DNA from: Alphaproteobacteria bacterium
GTDB taxonomy: Bacteria; Pseudomonadota; Alphaproteobacteria; UBA828
Assembly (NCBI GenBank): GCA_963667785.2
Contig: CAXXMU010000002.1
Coordinates: 480,001 to 544,000 of the forward strand
DNA length: 64,000 nucleotides
Direction of reading: 5' to 3'
Shown here: positions 18,509 to 28,176 of the stretch, one piece after another
Layout: each line of letters starts with the position of its first letter
How positions within the stretch are numbered: position 1 is the stretch's first letter
Notes under the pieces: model-generated
Seen by the model: the letters and a program-made list of their open reading frames with translations, nothing else
Told to the model about the DNA's origin: nothing
Databases searched by the model: none
Made by a program: the position numbers and the translations under genes

Positions 18509-20839
18509 GTGGAGAGAGCGTCGGTCGGGGCGGGGCGCGCGCCGCGCGGCGTACGACTGCCGGGCCTGCCCGCCCTGCCGCCGGGCGTGGAGCGCTACGT
18601 CGTGCCGGGACGGAGCGCGCGGGCCATCCGGATCGCCGGCGGCGACGTCATCCGCTTGGTCGACCGGGAGGGCGGGCAGGCCTGCGAGCTGGTCTGCCTG
18701 ACGGACGACGGCCGCCATGCCGCCGGCCTGCTGGGCGAGCGTGCCGGCGGTGCGGCCGCCGGCCTCATGCGCCTGGTCGCGGACGGTGCCGTGCGCGTGG
18801 AGCTCGACCTCGCCGGCGCCGCCTCGCTCGATCTCTTCGGGCCGGAGAGCCGGGCCGGCGAGGCGGCCTCATACACCGCCACGGGCGCCGGCACGGTGAT
18901 CGTCGCCGCACCCGGCGGGCCGATGGCCGTGGACGCCCAGAATCCGCCGACGTCCGTCGAGGTCTTCGTCGAGCGGGCCGCCGGCGCGCCCGCGTCCGCA
19001 GAGCCGGTTCTGCCCGAGCCGCTGGCGAATGCGCGGCTCGACCAGCGGATCGAGCGTTGCACGGCGGCCAGCTACGAGGTGCGCGCCGGCGAGTGGATCC
19101 AGATCATCGACGTCGAGGGGCGCCAGTGCTCCGACTTCCAGGCCTTTCACCGCGCGCGGCTCGATGCGGGCGTCGAGCGCTGCCTCGACGTGACCACGAC
19201 GCGCACGCTGATGGGCCTCGGCTATCCCCATCCGGGGCAGCGAGCCAAGTATCTGGACCAGGACTTCGAGGCCCTGGTCGAGGTGGTGCAGGACACCTGC
19301 ATGCGTCACGACGCCTTCGGCCTCGCCTGCACCGCCAGGTACTACGAGGACCAGGGCTATCCCGGTCACGCCAACTGCTCGGACAATTTCAACGCTGCCC
19401 TTGAGCCTTACCCGATTCAGCCCCGGCGGGGCTGGATGGCGATGAACTTCTTCTACAACACCGAGGTCGACGGCCAGAACCTGTTCGTTCTCGACGAGCC
19501 GTGGTCGCGCCCCGGCGACTACGTGCTGCTGCGGGCGCTGACCGATCTGGTGTGCGTATCGTCCGCCTGCCCGGACGACATCGACGCCGCGAACGGCTGG
19601 AACCCCACCGACATGCACGTGCGCGTCTATCCGGCGACGGCCTCGTTCACGCGCGCCATCGGCTACCGCAAACAACCGGACGCGGACGCGACCATGACCA
19701 AGGAAACCGGCTTCCACGCCCGCACCAGCGGCTGCACGCGCGACTTCGTCGAGTACAACGGCTACTGGCTGCCCAACAGCTACACCGGCGCGGGCCCCAT
19801 CGCCGAGTACTGGGCCTGTCGCGAGCGCGTGGCCGCCATCGACCTTTCGCCGCTGCGGAAGTTCGAGGTGCTGGGTCCAGGGGCGGAGGCCTTGCTGCAG
19901 CATTGCCTGACCCGCAACGTGCGCAAGCTCGCGGTGGGGCAGGTCGTCTACACGGCCATGTGCTACGACACCGGAACGATGCTCGATGACGGAACCCTGT
20001 TCCGTCTGGGCCGCGACAATTTTCGATGGATCGGCGGCTGCGATCAGGGCGGCGACTGGCTGCGCGAGCAGGCGCGCGCGCTAGACCTCGACGTGTGGGT
20101 GCGCTCCTCCACCGACCAGCTCCACAATCTGTCCGTGCAGGGCCCGCTGAGCCGGCAGGTGATGAGCGGGATCGTCTGGACGCTGCCGGCGCAGGCGACC
20201 GTGGAGAAGCTTGGCTGGTTCCGCTTCACTATCGGGCGGCTGGGCGGCTCCGGCGGGGTGCCGGTGTTGGTCTCGCGTACCGGCTACACCGGCGAGCTCG
20301 GCTACGAGGTCTTCTGCCACCCGAACGATTGCGGGGCGGTGTGGGATGCCGTGCAGGCAGCCGGCGAGCCGCATGGTCTCAGCCCGCTCGGCCTCGAGGC
20401 CCTCGACATCCTGCGGATCGAGGCTGGCCTGGTCTTCCCCGGCTTCGAGTTCGACGATCAGACCGACCCCTTCGAGGCCGGCATCGGCTTCACCGTGCCG
20501 CTCAAGTCGAAGGAGGAGGATTTCATCGGTAAGGAGGCGCTGGTGAGGCGCAAGACCAGTCCCCAGCGGGTGCTGACGGGCCTCGAGCTGGCCGGCGACG
20601 AGGTGGCGGGCCATGGCGAGAGCGTCTTCGTCGGCCGCCACCGTGTGGGTACCGTCACCTCCGGCACCCGCTCGCCGATGACGGGCAGGTCCATCGCCCT
20701 TTGCCGCATGGCGGTGGAGCATGCGGACCTCGGCACCGCCGTCGAAGTCGGCCGCATCGACGGCCAGCAAAAGCGGCTCGAGGCGACGATCGTCCCTGTT
20801 CCCTTCTACGATCCCGAGAAGTCACGGGTCCGGATGTAG
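18509..20839 (+). CDS. tdm: TMAO demethylase (DUF1989 + GcvT-like aminomethyltransferase)
   Basis: GTG after AAGGAGG; IIDVEGRQCSDF, DTCMRHDAFGLAC, GHANCSDN, SACPDDID, then GcvT domain (DLSPLRKFEV, SRTGYTGELGYE, PFYDPEK). Confidence 0.9.
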   Translation: MERASVGAGRAPRGVRLPGLPALPPGVERYVVPGRSARAIRIAGGDVIRLVDREGGQACELVCLTDDGRHAAGLLGERAGGAAAGLMRLVADGAVRVELDLAGAASLDLFGPESRAGEAASYTATGAGTVIVAAPGGPMAVDAQNPPTSVEVFVERAAGAPASAEPVLPEPLANARLDQRIERCTAASYEVRAGEWIQIIDVEGRQCSDFQAFHRARLDAGVERCLDVTTTRTLMGLGYPHPGQRAKYLDQDFEALVEVVQDTCMRHDAFGLACTARYYEDQGYPGHANCSDNFNAALEPYPIQPRRGWMAMNFFYNTEVDGQNLFVLDEPWSRPGDYVLLRALTDLVCVSSACPDDIDAANGWNPTDMHVRVYPATASFTRAIGYRKQPDADATMTKETGFHARTSGCTRDFVEYNGYWLPNSYTGAGPIAEYWACRERVAAIDLSPLRKFEVLGPGAEALLQHCLTRNVRKLAVGQVVYTAMCYDTGTMLDDGTLFRLGRDNFRWIGGCDQGGDWLREQARALDLDVWVRSSTDQLHNLSVQGPLSRQVMSGIVWTLPAQATVEKLGWFRFTIGRLGGSGGVPVLVSRTGYTGELGYEVFCHPNDCGAVWDAVQAAGEPHGLSPLGLEALDILRIEAGLVFPGFEFDDQTDPFEAGIGFTVPLKSKEEDFIGKEALVRRKTSPQRVLTGLELAGDEVAGHGESVFVGRHRVGTVTSGTRSPMTGRSIALCRMAVEHADLGTAVEVGRIDGQQKRLEATIVPVPFYDPEKSRVRM

Positions 20840-20911
20840 TCGCCCGGCCGGACTCCCGAAGGCGAGGGGCCGACCGATATCCGCGCGCCGGGAGGCGCGA
20901 CGCGTTGCCAT

Positions 20912-20940
20912 TTGCGAACCGTCTTCCGGCCGGGCAGAAT
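20912..20940 (+). promoter_or_regulatory. Sigma70-like promoter of the Liv-type operon
   Basis: TTGCGA-N17-CAGAAT. Confidence 0.5.
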
Positions 20941-21037
20941 CGGACGTGAACGGCACGCTCGGCTCTCGGTCGAGCGGCCAGGGGCTCGGCCCGTGCCAGG
21001 GTGTGGTGCGGGCGCGCTAAGAGGGAGGACGACGACC

Positions 21038-22402
21038 ATGATCATCAAACGCCGCGGAACACGGAGAGAGGAGGGTGCGCGCAAGCGCTTCCTCGCAAGC
21101 CGTCGCAGCTTCATGAAGGCTGCGGGCCTCGGGGGTATCGGCGCCGCCGCCATGTCGAGCGGTCTGCTCGCCGACATCAACGACGGCGCGCGCGCCGAGG
21201 GCGAGCCGATCCCGGTCGGCGGCTGCGTGCCGCTCACCGGCTGGGCTGCCGCTGACGGCCTCTCGTTCAAGAGCGGTCTGGAGCTCGCCTGCGAGGAGAT
21301 CAACGCCATGGGCGGCATCCTCGGCCGGCCGCTGTCACCCGTCTTCGAGGACAGCAAGGAACAGGGCGCCGACAACATCATCCCGGCGATGCAGCGCCTG
21401 CTCGACCGCCACGAGGTCCACGCGATCATCAACGGCTACAACACCGGCGCGGTCACGGCGGAGTACGACACCATTGCCGACGCCGGCGTACCCTACATCC
21501 ACCACAACACCGATATCGTGCACCACGAGACCGTGGGCAACGATCCGGAGACCTATTACAGCATCTTCATGGCCGACCCCGCCGAGTACTGGTACGGCGA
21601 GGGCTTCATGAAGTTCATCAGCGACCTCAAGGACTCCGGCAAGTGGGAGGCGCCGAACAACAAGGTCGCCATCGTCACCGGCTCGCAGAACTACAGCGTC
21701 GTCATCGCCAACGCGATGCGCGATTCGGCCTCCAAGTACGGCTGGGACATCAGCCTCTACGAGACCGTGGTGGTGCCGATCTCCGAATGGGGGCCGACGC
21801 TGCAAAAGATCCGCAACGACCCGCCGGCAGCCATCGCGATCACCCACTGGGTGCCGCAGGATCTCGCGCAATTCATGATCCAGTTCGTGCCCAATCCCAC
21901 CAACAGCCTGGTCTACATGCAGTATGGCCCGCTGCTCGCGGCCTTCCGCGAGATCGGCAAGGAGGCGACCAACGGGGTGCTCTTCGCCACCGTGGTCGGC
22001 GCGCTGCAGGATGACCTCGGCCAGGCGTACTTCCAGCGCTTCAACTCGGCGTTCGGCGAGAGCGCGAGCCCGCTCACCGGCTCGCAGCCCTACGATTCGT
22101 GCCACTACTGGGCGATCGCGTCGGCACTCGCCGGCGGCACGGGCGGCCCCGGCGAGTTCGAGCAGAACGAGAAGGTCTGCGAACGCATCCGCCGCATGAT
22201 CTACCGCGGCGTGCAGGGGGCGACGGCGTGGGTGCTGCCCTATCAGGCGGCCCGCACCTATCCCACCGAGACCCCGGACCCCTCGCTCGGCATGCCCCAC
22301 CAGTTCCTCCAGGTGCACGACCATATGGAGCAGGGCAAGTTGATCGCGCCGTCGCCCTACGAGACGGCGGCCTTCCAGGTGCCGCCGTGGATTAGCGCGT
22401 AA
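21038..22402 (+). CDS. Branched-chain amino acid (Liv)-type ABC substrate-binding protein, Tat-exported
   Basis: RBS GAGGGAGG; SRRSFMK; PLTG..AADG...G..LA.EEIN..GGILGRP. Confidence 0.85.
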   Translation: MIIKRRGTRREEGARKRFLASRRSFMKAAGLGGIGAAAMSSGLLADINDGARAEGEPIPVGGCVPLTGWAAADGLSFKSGLELACEEINAMGGILGRPLSPVFEDSKEQGADNIIPAMQRLLDRHEVHAIINGYNTGAVTAEYDTIADAGVPYIHHNTDIVHHETVGNDPETYYSIFMADPAEYWYGEGFMKFISDLKDSGKWEAPNNKVAIVTGSQNYSVVIANAMRDSASKYGWDISLYETVVVPISEWGPTLQKIRNDPPAAIAITHWVPQDLAQFMIQFVPNPTNSLVYMQYGPLLAAFREIGKEATNGVLFATVVGALQDDLGQAYFQRFNSAFGESASPLTGSQPYDSCHYWAIASALAGGTGGPGEFEQNEKVCERIRRMIYRGVQGATAWVLPYQAARTYPTETPDPSLGMPHQFLQVHDHMEQGKLIAPSPYETAAFQVPPWISA

Positions 22403-22410
22403 CACCCGTC

Positions 22411-23211
22411 ATGGAGCGGACGGCAACGGAGCCGCTGCTCTCGTGCCAGGGCGTCGACAAGTACTTCGGCGCCCTGGCCGCCGTTCGCGACATGACCTTC
22501 GATGTCTTCCAGGGCGAGGCGCTGGGCATCGGCGGCCCGAACGGCGCTGGCAAGACAACCCTCTTCGACGTCATTTCCGGCCTCAATCCCGCGACCGCCG
22601 GCACCATCACGTTCGACGGCAAGACCATCACGCGGGCGACGCCCGATCGCACCTGCCAGCTCGGCATGGCGCGCACCTTCCAGTTCAACGCCGGATTCGA
22701 CACGCTCACGGCGCGTGAGAACACCCTGATCGCGGCTTATTTCGGCCGCCACAACCGGATGATTCCCGGCATGAAATTCGACCGGGAAACCCAGCGGCTG
22801 GCCGACGAGGCGATGGCGTTCGTCGGCCTGGACGAGGTCGCGCACGAGACCGTGCGGACGCTCCCGGTCTATCACCGCAAGCTCCTGATGGTGGCGGGCG
22901 CGCTCGCGACCCAGCCGAAGATGCTGCTGATGGATGAGCCGGTCGGCGGTCTCAATCCGCAGGAGATCGACGAGGTGATGGCGCTCGTCCAGCGGCTGAA
23001 GGAGCGCGGACTCACCATCATGCTCATCGAGCACGTGATGCGTTTCCTGGTGCGCCTCTCGGACCGGGTGCTGATCATGCATCACGGCGAGAGGATCTTC
23101 GAGGGGTCGGCGTCCGGCCTCGTCCACGACAGGACGGTCATCGATGTCTATCTCGGGGAGGGCTCGTCGCGGCGACTCCAGCACATTCTCGAGGATCAGC
23201 CCGCACCATGA
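22411..23211 (+). CDS. Liv-type ABC ATPase (LivG-like)
   Basis: GPNGAGKTT, ARTFQ, LLMDEP, IEH.M, VYLG. Confidence 0.88.
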   Translation: MERTATEPLLSCQGVDKYFGALAAVRDMTFDVFQGEALGIGGPNGAGKTTLFDVISGLNPATAGTITFDGKTITRATPDRTCQLGMARTFQFNAGFDTLTARENTLIAAYFGRHNRMIPGMKFDRETQRLADEAMAFVGLDEVAHETVRTLPVYHRKLLMVAGALATQPKMLLMDEPVGGLNPQEIDEVMALVQRLKERGLTIMLIEHVMRFLVRLSDRVLIMHHGERIFEGSASGLVHDRTVIDVYLGEGSSRRLQHILEDQPAP

Positions 23212-23924
23212 GCACGCCGCTGCTGGAGGTCGATTCCCTCGATGCCGGCTATCACGGCCAGCGCGTGCTGCGAGACATCTCGTTCGCCGTGCCGGAGGGC
23301 GGTCTCATCACCATCATCGGGCCGAACGGACACGGCAAGACGACGCTGCTGCGCGCCGTTTCCGGCCTGATCCATCCCATGGCCGGCGAGATCCGGTTCG
23401 ACGGCCGCGGACTCGGCCGAGCTCGGGTGGACCAGATCGTCGCCCTCGGCATCGTCCATATCCCGCAGGGCGACATGATCTTTTCGGAGATGACGGTGCG
23501 GGACAATCTGCTCATGGGCGCCTACCTGCCGGGGCCCTACCGCCAGCTCGAGGCGAGTCTCAAGGAGGTCTACGCGCTGCTACCGAGGCTCCAGGAGCGC
23601 GAGAGCCAGGTCGCGTCCACGCTCTCGGGCGGCGAGCGGCGGATGCTCGCGATCGGGCGCGGGATGATGACCGGCGGCCGCATCCTGCTGATCGACGAGC
23701 CGTCGCTGGGGCTCGCCCCCATCGCGATCGACACCATCTACGGCCTCATCCGGGCGCTCAAGGAGGCGGGTCGCACGATCCTGCTGGTGGAAGAGAACGC
23801 GAGCCGCGTCCACGATCTCGCGGACCGCATCTATCTGCTCGACCACGGCGAGTTCGTCTGGCAGGGCACCGCGAGCGAACTCGACCTCCACGAGGAAATC
23901 GTCGAGACCTACCTCGGCGGCTGA
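23208..23924 (+). CDS. Liv-type ABC ATPase (LivF-like)
   Basis: GPNGHGKTT, LSGGERRMLAIGR, DEPSLGLAP, YLGG; ATGA overlap with previous gene. Confidence 0.88.
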   Translation: MSTPLLEVDSLDAGYHGQRVLRDISFAVPEGGLITIIGPNGHGKTTLLRAVSGLIHPMAGEIRFDGRGLGRARVDQIVALGIVHIPQGDMIFSEMTVRDNLLMGAYLPGPYRQLEASLKEVYALLPRLQERESQVASTLSGGERRMLAIGRGMMTGGRILLIDEPSLGLAPIAIDTIYGLIRALKEAGRTILLVEENASRVHDLADRIYLLDHGEFVWQGTASELDLHEEIVETYLGG

Positions 23925-23933
23925 GACGGCGCA

Positions 23934-24812
23934 GTGGAAACCTTCGTCCAGATTCTCGTCAGCGGCCTCACGCTCGGCGCCATGTACGCCGCGAGCACCA
24001 TCGGCCTCTCCCTTGTCTGGGGTGCGATGGGCGTGCTCAACATGGCGCACGGCGCGCTGCTCACCATCGGCGGCTACGCCTCCTATTCGGCCGTGCTCCA
24101 GGTCGGCCTGCCGTGGTACCTCGGCCTGCCAGCTGCGATGGTCGTGAGCTTCGTGGTGGGCCTCGCCATCTACCACATCATCTTTCGCTTCATGTACCGG
24201 CACCCGGCGTTCGAGACGAACGTGATCATCGCCACGGTCGGGCTGGCCATCTTCCTCGAGCAGGTGACGCTCCTCATCTACGGCGCCTATCCGTTTCCGC
24301 AGCCCTTCGCCATCGAGGAGGGTTTTTATGTCACCAGCGTCTTCGTTCGCTTCCAGAACGTGCTGATCCTGGTGCTGGCGGTCGTGACCATGCTCCTGGT
24401 CGCGCTGCTGCTCTCGCGCACGCGGGTGGGCCGGGCGATCCGAGCGACCGCGTTGAATCGCGAGGCGGCCCAGCTCATGGGAGTCAACGTCGGGCGCGTC
24501 TTCGCCCAGGTGATGGGGATTGCCGGCATCGTGGCCGCGATCTCCGGCGTCATGCTGAGCTCGATCACGACGCTGGCGCCGACCATGGGCTACGACCCTA
24601 TGCTCAAGGCCTTCATCATCTGCGTGATCGCGGGCCTGGGCAACGTGCCGGGGGCGCTTATCGCGGCCTTCGTCCTCGGCCTCTTCGAGGCGGTGGTCCA
24701 GTTTGCGCTCGGCGTCCGCTTCGGATTCCCGGCGCTGCTGCTGCTGGTCATCGCCGCCCTGATCTGGCGCCCCTACGGCGTCTTCGGGCGGCGCGTGGTG
24801 CGGCGCGTCTAA
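23934..24812 (+). CDS. Liv-type ABC permease (LivH-like)
   Basis: GLTLGAMYA, LNMAHG, GRAIRA, KAF...IAGLG, RPYG. Confidence 0.88.
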   Translation: METFVQILVSGLTLGAMYAASTIGLSLVWGAMGVLNMAHGALLTIGGYASYSAVLQVGLPWYLGLPAAMVVSFVVGLAIYHIIFRFMYRHPAFETNVIIATVGLAIFLEQVTLLIYGAYPFPQPFAIEEGFYVTSVFVRFQNVLILVLAVVTMLLVALLLSRTRVGRAIRATALNREAAQLMGVNVGRVFAQVMGIAGIVAAISGVMLSSITTLAPTMGYDPMLKAFIICVIAGLGNVPGALIAAFVLGLFEAVVQFALGVRFGFPALLLLVIAALIWRPYGVFGRRVVRRV

Positions 24813-25876
24813 TGTTCGAGACCGGCCCCAACTGGCGGCGGGATGTCGCCATCGGCGCGATCCTGATCGCGGTGATGATCGCCATCCCCCTTCTCGGACC
24901 CTCGCGCTACTTCATCGGGCAGCTCACGCTCTTCTTCCTCTGGGCGACGGTCGTCTCGCAATGGAACCTGGTGTTCGGCGTCGCCGGCATCTTCTCGCTC
25001 GCCCAGATGGCGATCTTCGCCTTCGGCGGCTTCGCCACCGGCATGATGGGGCTCTACCTCGGCATCTCGCTCTGGATCGCGCTGCCGCTCGCCGGCATCG
25101 GCTCGATCCTCTTCAGCCTGCTGATCGGCCTCGCCTGCCTGAGGCTGCGCGGGCCCTACGTGGCGCTGCTCACGCTCGCCATCGCCCAGGTGATGTATCT
25201 GCTCATCATCACCGATACCGCGTGCTTCTACATGGAGGGCGTGACCTGCCGGAACTTCACCGGCGGCACGCGGGGCCTCGCCAAGTTCGGCGATTTCGGC
25301 TTCCGCGAGATGCTCGGCCGGCGCGAGTATCTGAAGGGCGACTACTACCTCTCGCTCTTCGTGCTGACGCTGGCGGTGGTCTTCTCCTTTGCCGTCATCC
25401 GCAGCCCGCTCGGCTTCGCCTTTCGCGCGCTCCGCGACAATCCGGAGTACGGCATCTCGCGCGGCCTCAACCGCTTCAAGTACCAGCTCCTCGTGTTCGC
25501 CATGTCGGCTTTCTTCACCGGGCTCGCGGGTGGCGTCTTCGCCGGGCACTTCCGGGTCATCGGCGCCAACGTCCTGAACCTGCCGTTGCTGCTCTTCCTG
25601 ATCTCGATGATGGTGGTCGGCGGGTTGGGGCGCGCCTGGGGGCCGATCCTCGGCGCTGCCCTGGTGATGCTGGCGGACGAGGGAATGAAGGACTTCGTCG
25701 AGATCAGGAACATGGGCTACGGCGCGCTGATCGTCGCCATCGTCGTGCTTCTGCCCCAGGGCGCCGCCGGTGGGCTGGAGCAGATCTGGGACTGGGGGCG
25801 CCGGCAGCTGCTCAGGCTGCGGGGAGGGCGCGACCCGGCCGCGACGGGCGGAGCCGGCGCGGGGCGGCGCGAGTGA
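24812..25876 (+). CDS. Liv-type ABC permease (LivM-like)
   Basis: TAATG coupling at 24810-24814; WNLVFG.AG.FSLAQ, LRLRGPY, S..G.AFRALRDN, VVGGLG. Confidence 0.87.
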   Translation: MFETGPNWRRDVAIGAILIAVMIAIPLLGPSRYFIGQLTLFFLWATVVSQWNLVFGVAGIFSLAQMAIFAFGGFATGMMGLYLGISLWIALPLAGIGSILFSLLIGLACLRLRGPYVALLTLAIAQVMYLLIITDTACFYMEGVTCRNFTGGTRGLAKFGDFGFREMLGRREYLKGDYYLSLFVLTLAVVFSFAVIRSPLGFAFRALRDNPEYGISRGLNRFKYQLLVFAMSAFFTGLAGGVFAGHFRVIGANVLNLPLLLFLISMMVVGGLGRAWGPILGAALVMLADEGMKDFVEIRNMGYGALIVAIVVLLPQGAAGGLEQIWDWGRRQLLRLRGGRDPAATGGAGAGRRE

Positions 25877-25926
25877 GGAACGCCGTCGTCACCGCCCACG
25901 CCCCCTGAGCGAACGCGGAGCGCACC

Positions 25927-26823
25927 ATGGCAGACGTCCCCAACGAGCCCGTTCTCTATCTCAACGGCGATTTCGTGCCCCTTGGCGAGGCCAGGATCTC
26001 GGTGCTGGACCAGGGCTTCCTGCTCGGCGACGGGGTCTTCGACGTGGTCTCCGCCTGGAAGGGCTCAATCTTCAAGCTCGACCAGCATATCGAGCGCTTC
26101 TTCGATTCCCTGCGCGCCACACGGCTCGAGACCGCCATGACCCGCGCCGACTGGCGCGCGGCCATCGTCGAGACCTGCCGGCGCAACGGGCTCCGCGATG
26201 CCAGCATCCGCTTCATCGTGACCCGCGGCGCGCCGAATGCCGTCGTCGCCGACCCGCGCGACTTCGAACCGACCCGGATCGTCTGGGCCGCGCCCTATAT
26301 CTTCCTCGCCGACGAGGCGACGCGGCAGAGCGGCATCCGCCTCCACATCACCCACTTGCGGGCGTTCTCTCCCGACACGCTCGATGCGCGCTATAAGTGC
26401 CTCGACCGGCTGCACTCGCAGATGGCGCGAATCGAGGCGCTGGAGGCCGGATACGACGACGTGATCTGGCTGGATCAGGCCGGCTATGCCTGCGAGGGGC
26501 CGGCCTCCAACATCTTCGCGGTCAAGGACGGCGTCGTGCGCACGCCGGGGCGCAACGTGCTGCGCGGCATCACCCGCCAGACCTTCATCGAGCTCACCGG
26601 GGAAGCGGGCCTTGCGCTCGAGGAGGGCGACCTGACGCCCTTCGACCTCTACGCCGCGGACGAGGTCTTCACCTGCAGCACGGCGGGCGGTGCGCTCGCG
26701 GTGCGCGAGATCGCCGGCCGCAGGATGCCGCAGCCCTGTCCCGGTCCGGTCACCGAGCGGCTGGACGGGCTCTACTGGACGCTCCGCGACTCCGGCGCCC
26801 ACGGCACGCCGGTATTCGACTGA
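25927..26823 (+). CDS. PLP fold-type IV aminotransferase family protein
   Basis: DQGFLLGDGVFD, H.ERF, catalytic K in ARYKCLD, EGPASN, LRGITR, ADEVF..ST. Confidence 0.85.
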   Translation: MADVPNEPVLYLNGDFVPLGEARISVLDQGFLLGDGVFDVVSAWKGSIFKLDQHIERFFDSLRATRLETAMTRADWRAAIVETCRRNGLRDASIRFIVTRGAPNAVVADPRDFEPTRIVWAAPYIFLADEATRQSGIRLHITHLRAFSPDTLDARYKCLDRLHSQMARIEALEAGYDDVIWLDQAGYACEGPASNIFAVKDGVVRTPGRNVLRGITRQTFIELTGEAGLALEEGDLTPFDLYAADEVFTCSTAGGALAVREIAGRRMPQPCPGPVTERLDGLYWTLRDSGAHGTPVFD

Positions 26824-26858
26824 CGAGAAGCGCTGCATTCTCTAGGGCATACAAAGTC

Positions 26859-27149
26859 GTGGCGCACCTTGGCGCAGCCCTCGTCGTTGTCGTCGGGGTC
26901 TCCCTTGTATTGGCCCCTTGGCCGCGCGACTCCGGTTGGTCGTCGGCCGTGGCTCAGACTCGAGAAGTCGCTTCGAGCAACGACGACTGCCGCATCAAGG
27001 GGAACATCAGCCGGAGCGGCGAACGCATCTACCATGTCCCCGGCGGCCGATACTACGAGCGTACCCTGATCGATCCGTCGAAAGGCGAACGCTGGTTTTG
27101 CACCGAGGAGGAAGCGCGCTCGGCCGGGTGGCGAAGATCGATGCGGTGA
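26859..27149 (+). CDS. Small membrane-anchored ExoI/thermonuclease-C-terminal-like domain protein
   Basis: N-terminal hydrophobic stretch, then C.IKGNIS..GERIYHVPGGRYY..T.I....GERWFC.E.EA..AGWR; start (GTG 26859) uncertain. Confidence 0.65.
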   Translation: MAHLGAALVVVVGVSLVLAPWPRDSGWSSAVAQTREVASSNDDCRIKGNISRSGERIYHVPGGRYYERTLIDPSKGERWFCTEEEARSAGWRRSMR

Positions 27150-27177
27150 TGTCGCGGGACGATCGAGGGCAGCGCCC

Positions 27178-28176
27178 CTACGGGCGCGGCTCCGCATAAG
27201 GGCCCCGGCCATAGAGCGCCGCCTCGAACGCCCGCAGGCGCTTGTAGACCGAGATCAGCTCGACGATGACCGTCCAGCTGTGGACGAGGAATTGGAAGGC
27301 AGATTCGACGCGGCCGAAGGCCCGGACGATCTGCTGCATGACGCCGAGGGTGATGGCACCGGCGACGATGGTCGGCGCCAGCACGATATAGGGGACGAGG
27401 ACGGCGAACTGCAAGTAGGACCATTTCGCGATATCGAAATACATGTAGTGGAAGAAAAGTCTGAAGTAATTGCGGCGAACGTTGAAGAACAGTTCCCTTA
27501 CCGTCGGCGGGTCCGCCCGTTCTTCGTGGTCCTCTCCGTACACTAATTCCTTCCGGTAGGCAGCCTCGACGACCTGGTTGTTGAACTCCAGGCCCGGCAA
27601 TCTGATGCCGACGACGGCGAGAACGGCGGTGCCGAACAGCGCGAGGATGATGGCGGTGTAGACCAGCGAGTGGTCCAGCGGTCCGATCACGGGTACCACC
27701 TTGATGGACTTCGACAACTGCCACAGGATCGGCAAAAAGGCGAAGAGCGTCATGATGGAATCGAGAAGGCGGCTGCCCAGTGATTCCATGATGATGGCGA
27801 AGCGGCGGGTGTCCTCCTGGATGCGCTGGCTGGCGCCTTCGATGTGGCGCAGGCGCGCCCAGCGGGCCATGTAGAAGTCGTTCATCGCATGGCGCCAGCG
27901 GAACACCCAGTGTTTCGTGAAGAAGCTCAGCATTACCGCGACGACGATGTAGATGCCGGCAATGCGCGCGAAGGTGAATATCAGCGCATAGAATTCCTCG
28001 ATGGTCATGCTGCCCGGCTCGCCGAGCGCCATCTGGACGGCGTCGTAGAATTCGCCGAACCACTCGTTGATCTGTACGTCGACCTGCACCTGATACCAGG
28101 TACCGCCGATAATAATGGCCATGCCGCCCCAGGCCCATAACGCCCACTCGCGGGACAGAAAAAATGACCGAAACAT
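27178..28176 (-). CDS. SbmA/BacA-like peptide uptake transporter (short form)
   Basis: MFRSFF start, FRWR.AMN..Y, HIEGASQRIQEDT.RF, LPGLEFNNQ.VEAAYRKELVYGED, ELISVYKRLRAFE. Confidence 0.88.
   Translation of the reverse strand: MFRSFFLSREWALWAWGGMAIIIGGTWYQVQVDVQINEWFGEFYDAVQMALGEPGSMTIEEFYALIFTFARIAGIYIVVAVMLSFFTKHWVFRWRHAMNDFYMARWARLRHIEGASQRIQEDTRRFAIIMESLGSRLLDSIMTLFAFLPILWQLSKSIKVVPVIGPLDHSLVYTAIILALFGTAVLAVVGIRLPGLEFNNQVVEAAYRKELVYGEDHEERADPPTVRELFFNVRRNYFRLFFHYMYFDIAKWSYLQFAVLVPYIVLAPTIVAGAITLGVMQQIVRAFGRVESAFQFLVHSWTVIVELISVYKRLRAFEAALYGRGPYAEPRP

Noticed and set aside
18509-20839. Plain glycine-cleavage T protein or DMSP demethylase DmdA
   Set aside because: The large N-terminal Cys-containing DUF1989 region and the tmoXWV context indicate Tdm.
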